Source of the DNA: a virus
Reading direction: 5' to 3' (one strand)
Virus genome (UHGV): UHGV-0138819
Length of the DNA stretch: 14,223 bases
The stretch's first letter is position 1. Each line of letters starts with the position of its first letter. The notes below the pieces were generated by a model. That model had not been told where the DNA came from, searched no databases, and saw nothing but the letters and a program-made list of their open reading frames with translations. The position numbers were made by a program, and so were the translations under genes. Positions 1 to 7,296 of this stretch are shown here, in pieces.

Positions 1-90
1 ACGGAACACATCGTTCACCAGGGGGATGAGCTAAAACGTGAAGAAGATCTGGATGTCGTTCTGAAGGTGCTGGATTCATATATCAAATAA
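1..90 (+). CDS. rcnR: 3' end of rcnR (Ni/Co-responsive repressor, CsoR/RcnR family), partial
   Basis: Frame 1 reads TEHIVHQGDELKREEDLDVVLKVLDSYIK then TAA at 88-90, which matches my recollection of the E. coli RcnR C-terminus. rcnR lies directly upstream of thiM in E. coli K-12. Start codon is outside the window. Confidence 0.8.
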   Translation, partial: TEHIVHQGDELKREEDLDVVLKVLDSYIK

Positions 91-187
91 TTTATTAACG
101 CTATTGTAAAACTGCCGTTTTTCCTCGTTTACAACGGGTGCGCTGGACATTACCATCCTCCTCTGCGATTTATCATCGCAACCAAAC

Positions 188-258
188 GACTCGGGGTGCC
201 CTTCTGCGTGAAGGCTGAGAAATACCCGTATCACCTGATCTGGATAATGCCAGCGTAG
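188..258 (+). repeat. attL: native 5' portion of the thiM TPP riboswitch aptamer; left copy of the 71-bp imperfect direct repeat
   Basis: 188-258 equals 13557-13627 except at 206, 207 and 232. The left copy carries the bases I recall for the canonical E. coli thi-box (CUUCUGCGUGAAGG, GUAUCACC). Homology ends abruptly after 258. Confidence 0.8.
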
Positions 259-319
259 TCTTGGCGATTATCCAAGATATAAATCAAAGACTTGCACGGT
301 TTTTTCTCTTCATTTTGTT

Positions 320-1702
320 ATGTTGTCACTCAGAGAGACAAACAAAATGGCACACACACCGATCAATCACACCATCATCCGTAACGGGATCTACTACGTC
401 AGCTTTCGCCTGTCGGGTCATAAATATTTCCGTCGGTCGTTAGAGACAGATAGCCACAGCCACGCGCAACTCTTGATGTCATTTGCATCTCCAGCCATTC
501 CATTAGTCAAACGTGGAACCATTCACCCGGATCAGTTTGGTCAACGTCTTTCTGATTTCAGCAACCGCTTAAAGCAACAGAATGAACACTGGCTGGTTCA
601 ACAATTTCTCAGTGATGAACGGCGCAATCTTCAGCCGATAGTTGTTCAGGAATACCGGGAGACTGTTACACCTTCAGAAGATGAGGAAGAACAAACTGAA
701 GCACAGTCAAAGGATGTGTTAACACTGGCTGGCGCTTGGAATATGTACAAAAAGGAGAAAGCCCAAAACTGGACGAAGGCAATTTCACAGGCCAATGAGC
801 GCTTTATGGAAGTCATGTTCATTGTCCTCGGTGCATCAACAGACGTAACGACGATAACCAAGCAGGACATCAAGCAGGTGATGGAAGTTGTTGAAAACTT
901 ACCAAAGCGTGTTGTACAGCCTTATCGGTCGATGACGGTTCAGCAACTGATCGAGTGTGATGATGTGCCACCTGAAGATTTGGTTGGCGCTGAGTCTATC
1001 CACAAGCATTTGAAGATTTACAAATCGCTCTTCAAAACCTTCCTGACTGATAATAAAGATATTCTGGAGAAGTCTCCGACAGATGGAGTAGTCGCCGCAC
1101 CGTCAAAAGCGAGGTTTGGTGCATACAGTGCGGCAGAAATGAGAAAGTTTGTGGGGTGGGCGCTCAAGCAGCCTGATGGCTGGCAGAAATGGATCACCTT
1201 GTTGTTGGCGTATACGGGAGCCAGAAGAGGGGAGATCGCCAAGCTGGAGAAATCACAGATCAAATTTGATGAAGATAGCCAGCGGCACTATCTCCTGATA
1301 GCGGAAGGAGGGCAGGGGAAAACCGAGAATGCTACAAGGCAGGTGGCTATCCATCCCAAACTGATCGAGTGGGGTTTTCTTGATTTTGTAAACCGCCAAT
1401 GGAAAGAGAAAATCTTCTCGCCTGTGTCAGGTAAGAACATGCCAAAAATCGGCAAAGTCTTGGCTGATGTCCGTGATCAGCTTGGTATTCCGTACCTTGA
1501 TGATTATGGGCAGCGGCGATTAGTGCATAGTTTCCGGCATACCATGATTTCAACCTGTTTAGCTGGTTGGGTTGGGAACTTAGCGCACTTGCAACAGGTG
1601 GTTGGGCACGAGAAAAGCGGGTCAGGGATCACTCGGCGCTATCTTCATACGTTCCCGCTTTCCACTGTTTGTTATGTGATTGATGGCTTGGGTTGGTTGT
1701 AG
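320..1702 (+). CDS. int: Tyrosine site-specific integrase
   Basis: 460-aa ORF. C-terminal catalytic motifs are visible: TGARRGE (Arg), HSFRHT (His-x-x-Arg), VGHE, RRYLH (Tyr nucleophile). Alternative start at ATG 347 with a purine-rich AGAGAG upstream. Confidence 0.85.
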   Translation: MLSLRETNKMAHTPINHTIIRNGIYYVSFRLSGHKYFRRSLETDSHSHAQLLMSFASPAIPLVKRGTIHPDQFGQRLSDFSNRLKQQNEHWLVQQFLSDERRNLQPIVVQEYRETVTPSEDEEEQTEAQSKDVLTLAGAWNMYKKEKAQNWTKAISQANERFMEVMFIVLGASTDVTTITKQDIKQVMEVVENLPKRVVQPYRSMTVQQLIECDDVPPEDLVGAESIHKHLKIYKSLFKTFLTDNKDILEKSPTDGVVAAPSKARFGAYSAAEMRKFVGWALKQPDGWQKWITLLLAYTGARRGEIAKLEKSQIKFDEDSQRHYLLIAEGGQGKTENATRQVAIHPKLIEWGFLDFVNRQWKEKIFSPVSGKNMPKIGKVLADVRDQLGIPYLDDYGQRRLVHSFRHTMISTCLAGWVGNLAHLQQVVGHEKSGSGITRRYLHTFPLSTVCYVIDGLGWL

Positions 1703-1755
1703 AAGCAGAGTGATGGTTAAGTGTGAAGTGTATCAAAAAATCAGTAAGATTCGTC

Positions 1756-1785
1756 TTGAAAGTACATTTTGGATAACCATATAAA
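1756..1785 (+). promoter_or_regulatory. Candidate sigma70 promoter for the cargo genes (TTGAAA, 18-bp spacer, TATAAA)
   Basis: -35 TTGAAA at 1756-1761 and -10 TATAAA at 1780-1785, about 35 bp upstream of the ATG at 1820. Sequence-only prediction. Confidence 0.3.
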
Positions 1786-1819
1786 GCTTAAGTTAATTCC
1801 AACCAGATGAGGATGAGTA

Positions 1820-2077
1820 ATGGCAAGATGTACAGATCAGCACCGCTATTGGGATTTTTTCGAACACTTACCCGACGACCAAGGTGGTATTGGCAGACAT
1901 AAATGTTGCGGTTGTGCTTACGAAAAAGGTTATCAAGCAGGATTAATACGATCCGAAATTTTGAACATTGATCTTGATTCCTTACATGAAAGCCAAGCAG
2001 GCACTGTCCGTCATAAGAGTCCACATGCAGCCTATGCTCAAGGATATTTAGATGGTATTACAGCATCTTATCGGTAA
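1820..2077 (+). CDS. Hypothetical small Cys/His-rich protein (85 aa)
   Basis: ORF with AGGA 6 nt upstream of the ATG. Contains HKCCGC and two AYxxGY repeats. No family recognised. Confidence 0.45.
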   Translation: MARCTDQHRYWDFFEHLPDDQGGIGRHKCCGCAYEKGYQAGLIRSEILNIDLDSLHESQAGTVRHKSPHAAYAQGYLDGITASYR

Positions 2078-2109
2078 TAGCCGCCTAAAAGACAGGAGAT
2101 ACGCTATTT

Positions 2110-2541
2110 ATGTCTGGAATGTTAGCAAGCACAGCGGCCGCTGTAGGAATAATTGATAAAGCTGTAGGAATTGCAAAGAAACTTGCTGATGATGGCGGTG
2201 AACTCGATAAGGCGACGCTTAAACTTGAGCTTGCAAACCTCATGACAGAGCTTGCCAGTGTTAAAATGGAAGTTATCACCACCCAGGCGCTACTTTTTGA
2301 AGCGGAACAGAAGAACAAGCAACTTGAAAACCAATTGAAAGATAAGGAATCATTTGTTTTCAATGCCCCTCTTTATTGGAAAAATGGTGACCAAGTTCCG
2401 TTTTGCCCAAAATGTTATGAGGGTGAAGATAAGAAAGTTCATTTACGCTTAATTGTTCACAATGGTACACCGCAACTAGGACTTCCTCCTGAAAACAAAT
2501 GGGCGTGTATGCATTGTCGTTTTTCGCACTCGAACATTTAG
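2110..2541 (+). CDS. Hypothetical protein, N-terminal coiled coil plus C-terminal Cys4 zinc-ribbon-like motif (143 aa)
   Basis: AGGAGA 10 nt upstream of the ATG. C-terminus has CPKC ...(~30 aa)... CMHC. Heptad-like N-terminal segment. Confidence 0.55.
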   Translation: MSGMLASTAAAVGIIDKAVGIAKKLADDGGELDKATLKLELANLMTELASVKMEVITTQALLFEAEQKNKQLENQLKDKESFVFNAPLYWKNGDQVPFCPKCYEGEDKKVHLRLIVHNGTPQLGLPPENKWACMHCRFSHSNI

Positions 2542-2549
2542 TAAATCAA

Positions 2550-2759
2550 TCATTTTTCGTTTTCAGAAGAGTTAAACGTCTTAGAATAGGGGCAGGATTG
2601 AGAGCGAGTCATCAGGGTAAACAGGTAAACGCTGTTTTCGTAAGTGCAAAGCCTCTTCCCGCCCTGCAACTCCTGTTCGTCGGGGTTGCTCATGGTGATT
2701 TTGCTTGCCGCAGCATTAAAAGCCAGCAACATACCGCAAATCAACAGAATACCTCTCAT
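2550..2759 (-). CDS. Hypothetical small secreted protein (69 aa) with N-terminal signal peptide
   Basis: Strong SD (AAGGGGGAGA) just upstream of the ATG on the minus strand. N-terminus MRGILLICGMLLAFNAAAS looks like a signal peptide. Convergent with the 2110-2541 gene. Confidence 0.5.
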   Translation of the reverse strand: MRGILLICGMLLAFNAAASKITMSNPDEQELQGGKRLCTYENSVYLFTLMTRSQSCPYSKTFNSSENEK

Positions 2760-2831
2760 ATCTCCCCCTTGAATGAACTGCCCTCTTCAATGCTAAATTG
2801 CATCCATCGTTCAACGATTATAGTAACAAAG

Positions 2832-2872
2832 TTGATCAATTTTACCGATCGATTTCGTAATTTCGATCGATT
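2832..2872. promoter_or_regulatory. Three GATC sites and two copies of CGATCGATT in the divergent intergenic region
   Basis: GATC at 2834-2837, 2847-2850 and 2865-2868. CGATCGATT at 2846-2854 and 2864-2872. Lies between the minus-strand gene start (2759) and the plus-strand gene start (~2928). Confidence 0.35.
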
Positions 2873-2927
2873 AAAATAATTAAAAATGTTAAGGCACATG
2901 TCGATGGTGTACTTAATCTATTCATCT

Positions 2928-3692
2928 ATGGAGGCTGTTTTGAAAAAGATTCTTGCATTACCTCTTATGTTCTTTTCCTTCTCGTCCTTCTCTGAAGGCG
3001 TTTCGTCTACAGATGTACAACCATACCCTGAGTACCTGGCGGCCTATGTAAAAACGTTGATTGCTGCTGGATGTGAAGAAACATTGAAAGGCGGTTCTGA
3101 GGACGTATTGATCAAACGGGCAACGGAGGGAATGAAGAAGGGCACGACGGGTTACGATAATGTACACAATGCTATCGTGTTGGGGGCTGGTTTCGGTAAT
3201 GGACTGAAGGAAAAAGGAAAACTTATCACAAAAGAAAAAATCGCGATTGATAGTTGTGGTGGTGCAGCGGCCTATACCATGATGCAAAAAGAATTTATAA
3301 AAACGGTCGTTGCTAGTATGACTAATCCGGAACAATCGCAGGTTGCCGATAGTAAACCCAAAGTGCCAGCTTCTGATGATGCAATTTACCGTACAAAAGC
3401 ACTAGCTCTGGCTGAACTTTATAAAGCTAACGAGGTTGCAGCCGATGACAAAATTGGTGGTCGTAAGGTGGAAGTAACCGGAACTGTACAGGACATAACA
3501 AAAAATTTCACGGATGATGTAGTTCTTAAACTTGAAAGCGGTAATCGCTTCATGCCAGTCAGTCTGAGTATGTCTGATTCAGAAAAGGCGAAAGCGTCGA
3601 AATTGGAAAAGGGCCAGAAGATCACCGTGACTTGCGAAAAGATGCAGTTTTTCATCGGTGCACCGTCTGGCGGAAACTGCACCTTTAACTAA
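2928..3692 (+). CDS. Hypothetical secreted protein (~255 aa) with signal peptide and a possible OB-fold-like C-terminal domain
   Basis: Long ORF ending TAA 3690-3692. N-terminus MEAVLKKILALPLMFFSFSSFSEG looks like a signal peptide. Start ambiguous: ATG 2886, 2898, 2928, or TTG 2940 preceded by GGAGG at 2930-2934. The OB-fold resemblance is my guess. Confidence 0.6.
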   Translation: MEAVLKKILALPLMFFSFSSFSEGVSSTDVQPYPEYLAAYVKTLIAAGCEETLKGGSEDVLIKRATEGMKKGTTGYDNVHNAIVLGAGFGNGLKEKGKLITKEKIAIDSCGGAAAYTMMQKEFIKTVVASMTNPEQSQVADSKPKVPASDDAIYRTKALALAELYKANEVAADDKIGGRKVEVTGTVQDITKNFTDDVVLKLESGNRFMPVSLSMSDSEKAKASKLEKGQKITVTCEKMQFFIGAPSGGNCTFN

Positions 3693-3706
3693 TCTGTCAT
3701 ACGGTC

Positions 3707-3727
3707 TGCCGGGTAAAATTCCCGGCA
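3707..3727 (+). other. Hairpin just downstream of the cargo CDS (7-bp stem TGCCGGG/CCCGGCA, 7-nt loop), no U-tract
   Basis: Inverted repeat seen directly. Not followed by a T-run, so terminator function is uncertain. Confidence 0.3.
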
Positions 3728-4986
3728 ACTCATCTACCCCACCTCATGGATGTCCCTGCTATTTGACGATCCAGCTTACATGCTCTTGCTGAAAATATCT
3801 TACGGCTCTCTGGGCCAGGTGCCTGACGTGACAGACGATCCCTCAATAATTTCTTATCTTCTTGCTGAAATATCGCAGAGCCGACAGGCCCAGTAACGTA
3901 TTTCACCACTTCATCCCGTAGAGCATCACAGCAGGGAAAACTTGCCGCAATAGGGCATTCTACTGTTCGTTTTCTGGTCTATTTAACATAATGGTTCTTA
4001 TAAGTACTTGACTGGAATGGTCAGGTATTACTTTTCGGAACGTTGACGCGAAGCTGGGTACACAACAGCGATTTCACCAACAGAAGGAAAGCATTCAGGA
4101 GGATTCGAGGTGAGTTCTCTTGTTCAAGGATTTTGGATGAGTTTGCCTGGTCACCACACAATTTCAGGTTTCAGACCTTTGAGGCTGCCAGTGTGTCAAA
4201 CGCCATAAAAGCACTTTTTTCTGTTTACCAGCAGACACAAAGCCACTACACCGACGTTACCACAACGGGCTGAAGGTCTGCCATCACCTGGTGATATTCA
4301 CGAGCCTGACCGCCACTGTTTCGTACCATTTCCCAAAACAATGTAAACAGCCAACCCACCAATCCCTTCTACGCTCCACCAGAAGCGCTACAGTGCGTTA
4401 TCCCCCCAGATGTAAACTGACGTACCGATAATCCACGACATCCCACAGCGCGATACAGGAACCACCAGAGGACATCTGTTTTAGTTTTAATGTGTCTTTT
4501 TTATTTTTTGTAAAAAGATGGTTCAGAAAGTGGGTTGTGTTTAGCACCCATTCAATTGGCGGATTCGCCTAGGCCGCGCCATTACTGGCTTCGCTGCATG
4601 CACCACACCATAACGCCCATAGGTACAAACTTGTGATTTGTACGTTTAGTGACCACTTTAGCATGATTAACTACGGATTATAGGCTATTTGAGGTGTATT
4701 TAATCTACTTTGTTCGCAGGATAGCCAATGATAAAGATCATCCACCAAATTTTCACAGAAAACTAGTATAGGGTTGCCAATCTTCAGCCAGCGCGGAGAA
4801 TGGTCGGTATTTTCAGATGAAAGCGGGGGAGGGAGATGATCAATTCTCGGAGCGGATCAGGTGCCTGGACCGCCTCAGGTGTTGCCGTCGATTGTGCCAT
4901 TGAAGCATGACGCGGACATATCAAACCAGAAGTTTTCATCGGTACGTTGGTCGCTTGGATGACTTGGAAAATTCTCACCCGGTGAT

Positions 4987-5075
4987 ACCTGCACGATTTT
5001 CGTGTACCCACCCCCTCGATTTTCGAGCACCTACCTGCACGATTTTCGAGTAGGGGGTAGTCGATTTTCGAGCAC
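4987..5075. repeat. Iteron-like array: four CGATTTTCG-centred repeats at 22-23 bp spacing, followed by an AT-rich tract; candidate replication origin or protein-binding array
   Basis: CGATTTTCG at 4994, 5017, 5040 and 5062. ACCTGCACGATTTTCG is exact at 4987-5002 and 5033-5048. CGATTTTCGAGCAC is exact at 5017-5030 and 5062-5075. AATAATAATAAATAACAAT follows at 5076-5094. Confidence 0.55.
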
Positions 5076-5649
5076 AATAATAATAAATAACAATCTCCAT
5101 AAAAGAACTGATAAGAAAAGTACCTCCAGGTCGAGAGCACGGAATGACGGTTGGTCATTCTGTTAGTTTTAATAGTGATGCTTCTGCATCGCTCCGCTCT
5201 GCAATGGCTGGTCAGCCACTTCAGATATGTTTGTGGTAAGAAGCTCACCTTTGCTGACGTGAAACAGCCGCGCCATCTCGTGACCTTCTAACCCTCGTTA
5301 ACACATCGCTACGCTCTGTGACTCGGGTAACCCGACAGGCTACGCCAGAGAGCTACGCTCTCACTCTGTGTGGAAGCTGCGAACTTGTTCGCCATATGTG
5401 GATCGGAGCACGGCGGAGAGGACTGCTTTGCATCTGTCCGGTTCACTCCGGGGCGGCGCGGGTTGTCTAACTGACTTCCTCAGCGCCTCTCTACGGCGTT
5501 TAAATGGTGTGGGTAACACGATGGTACTGCTATAACGACGAGTCCCCGCAGAACGCGTCACAGAACGATCTAGCACTATTGACAAAGATTTTTTAAACTT
5601 GTAATGTTATGGTGATTATTATGCATTATAAAATGCTACATGATAATGA

Positions 5650-5678
5650 TTGCTATTTACAAACAAATCTGATACAAT
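5650..5678 (+). promoter_or_regulatory. Candidate sigma70 promoter for the 5824-10406 operon (TTGCTA, 17-bp spacer, TACAAT)
   Basis: -35 TTGCTA at 5650-5655 and -10 TACAAT at 5673-5678 in an AT-rich region about 145 bp upstream of the first operon ATG. Confidence 0.4.
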
Positions 5679-5823
5679 AGATTTTAGTAGGGTAATGATT
5701 TACCTACGAATCCTCGAATAATTCTGCCGTCATCACGACATTCCTTGTCAACCTCACGGCAATACAAAATGGGTTACAAATAGAACCTCCGCGAATAATT
5801 CTTTTAACAGAACGGAGAACCCA

Positions 5824-6270
5824 ATGAATAAACCAAAATCCCAACGTCTCGACCTGACCACTATGACAGGCGAGCAGATCGCTGATCTCATCCTGAACGG
5901 CAAATACACCAAATCAGCTTTGTGGGCCTTCATTAGTAGAAACGGCGGGGCAGACGCTGTACATGCTCGACTTCCTCAGATCGCCGTCTGCCTGCAAATC
6001 CTGAAGCAGGCGCGGAAGAAAGCGAAGCAGGCACGAGTGGTTAAGACGGTGCTGAAGCCTCTGAGCAATAAATATGCTGAGGGTAATTCCTTAACGCAAA
6101 TCCTGAATCCTGTGTTACAGGGCTACCGCGAGCTATATAGAGAAAAACTGAATCTGGACCTGACACCAGAACAGGTGATCTTGCTCTTGATCGCCACTGA
6201 TGGTGTGGAACGTCTGGAATCCTACGGTTACACCTGTGCGGGTGACTTCCCGACCGCAACCGCAGTCTAA
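5824..6270 (+). CDS. Hypothetical protein (148 aa), first gene of the rightward operon
   Basis: GGAGA 8 nt upstream of the ATG. No family recognised. Confidence 0.6.
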   Translation: MNKPKSQRLDLTTMTGEQIADLILNGKYTKSALWAFISRNGGADAVHARLPQIAVCLQILKQARKKAKQARVVKTVLKPLSNKYAEGNSLTQILNPVLQGYRELYREKLNLDLTPEQVILLLIATDGVERLESYGYTCAGDFPTATAV

Positions 6271-6357
6271 CAACACTGAACAAAACCTGAGCCGGTTCGC
6301 CTTTGGGCGACCACTGGCGGGAGGTCTTTTGTACCTAAAACGAGGAGGACAACTTGA

Positions 6358-6561
6358 ATGAACATCAAATTTCAACAGCACGTTTATCAGGCTCTACTAG
6401 CTGAGGCCAAAAGGCAGGACAAGCCCCTGGCACGGCTCTGTAATGAAATCTTGGAGACTGCCGCGAACATTTTCGACAACACACCAGACATCAAACCAGC
6501 ATTAGCCAGCAAGGCGACACTTTACGGAGAACAGAATGAGCAAACAGAACCGGGACAGTAA
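6358..6561 (+). CDS. Small putative ribbon-helix-helix (Arc/MetJ/CopG-like) DNA-binding protein (67 aa)
   Basis: AGGAGGA upstream of the ATG. N-terminal strand-like MNIKFQQ followed by two predicted helices (QALLAEAKRQ, PLARLCNEILETA). RHH assignment is by pattern only. Confidence 0.55.
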   Translation: MNIKFQQHVYQALLAEAKRQDKPLARLCNEILETAANIFDNTPDIKPALASKATLYGEQNEQTEPGQ

Positions 6562-7282
6562 GGATTTTGTAAAACTTGAATACAGCATTCTCGACCTTAC
6601 CGAGTACAACGGCCTGACCATTAATGGCAACATGAAAATTTTGCTATCTCTGGTTTACAGCTATGACAAAACAGGCAGAACTTATTACGAGTCTGTTGGC
6701 ATGATTGGTAAACGTTGCGGCTGCAAGCCCGAAGCCGTTCGTAATTTCAGGAACAAGCTTCGTGAAGCGGGAATGATCACTTTTGAGGAAGAGCAGGGGA
6801 GAACACACAAAATTTCTCCGGTCGAACTCGATCCATCGTTGATGGTTTTTCTTGACGATCATAATTCCACGCAGGTGAGTAATAGAAAAGTGGAAACCGA
6901 GGAGAGCGGTAAGAATGAGCAGAAACGTGATGTGGAATCTTTCGTGGTGGAACCTGCCGCGCCTGTTGCTGGAAAACCAGACGGCCTACCTGTTGTGGAT
7001 ATTCCTGTCGATGCTGATGTACCTGCCAATGATGATGCGGTGAACGCTTCTGATAGGTATACCGATGAACAATTAGGCACCAAGCTGAGGCGATGGCGCA
7101 ATTGGGGACTGGATGAAGAAGCAAAAGCGTTTTGTCTCTCTCATGGTATCAGCAGCGATGAGGACAGCATGAATCTGTTTATTCAAAATTATCATGTACC
7201 CGCACCGGAGTCAGTAGAACAACAGGTTAACGCCCCAGCAGATGAGCTGCCGCTTGATTATGATGACTCGATCCCTTTCTGA
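6536..7282 (+). CDS. Hypothetical protein (248 aa) with a putative winged-helix DNA-binding segment and acidic C-terminal region; candidate replication initiator or regulator
   Basis: GGAGA 5 nt upstream of the ATG. Overlaps the previous ORF by 26 nt. Segment YESVGMIGKRCGCKPEAVRNFRNKLREAGMI resembles wH/HTH domains. C-terminal half is D/E-rich. Confidence 0.55.
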   Translation: MSKQNRDSKDFVKLEYSILDLTEYNGLTINGNMKILLSLVYSYDKTGRTYYESVGMIGKRCGCKPEAVRNFRNKLREAGMITFEEEQGRTHKISPVELDPSLMVFLDDHNSTQVSNRKVETEESGKNEQKRDVESFVVEPAAPVAGKPDGLPVVDIPVDADVPANDDAVNASDRYTDEQLGTKLRRWRNWGLDEEAKAFCLSHGISSDEDSMNLFIQNYHVPAPESVEQQVNAPADELPLDYDDSIPF

Positions 7283-7296
7283 TACTGGAGGAATAA

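Noticed and set aside
188-258. tRNA or tmRNA gene as integration target
   Set aside because: No cloverleaf-like structure or tRNA-like sequence at either junction; the duplicated sequence is the thiM TPP riboswitch aptamer.
261-443. 60-aa plus-strand ORF overlapping the integrase start
   Set aside because: Out of frame with and nested in the integrase 5' region, no RBS; the 460-aa integrase frame explains the region.
646-1553. Minus-strand ORFs (646-873, 1018-1263, 1347-1553) inside the integrase gene
   Set aside because: Antisense to a well-supported integrase CDS, with no ribosome-binding sites; typical shadow ORFs.
1788-2024. 78-aa minus-strand ORF overlapping the 1820-2077 gene
   Set aside because: Overlaps the intergenic promoter region and the better-supported plus-strand ORF, which has an SD; low confidence either way.
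2085-2363. 92-aa minus-strand ORF antisense to the 2110-2541 gene
   Set aside because: Serine/alanine-rich low-complexity translation, no RBS; antisense shadow of the plus-strand gene.
2499-2879. 126-aa plus-strand ORF spanning the convergent gene end and the GATC-rich intergenic region
   Set aside because: Runs across the minus-strand secreted-protein gene and a regulatory region, no RBS; the minus-strand gene has a strong SD.
2958-3682. Minus-strand ORFs (2958-3335, 3419-3682) antisense to the 268-aa secreted-protein gene
   Set aside because: Shadow ORFs inside a longer, better-supported plus-strand CDS.
4043-4273. 76-aa ORF in the ORF-free region
   Set aside because: No SD, Arg/Ser-rich low-complexity translation, isolated; treated as noncoding.
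4987-5075. Possible CRISPR array
   Set aside because: Only four short (9-16 bp) repeats at 22-23 bp spacing with no spacer-sized unique segments and no cas genes; the pattern fits iterons, not CRISPR.
4784-5248. 154-aa minus-strand ORF
   Set aside because: Runs straight through the iteron array and AT-rich tract, with no SD; more likely a cis-acting DNA region than a gene.
5361-5585. 74-aa minus-strand ORF
   Set aside because: Arg/Pro/Ser-rich, no RBS, lies in the upstream regulatory region of the rightward operon.
6041-7124. Minus-strand ORFs antisense to the operon genes (6041-6283, 6133-6381, 6644-6862, 6777-7124, 6859-7101)
   Set aside because: All are antisense to tightly coupled plus-strand genes and lack ribosome-binding sites.
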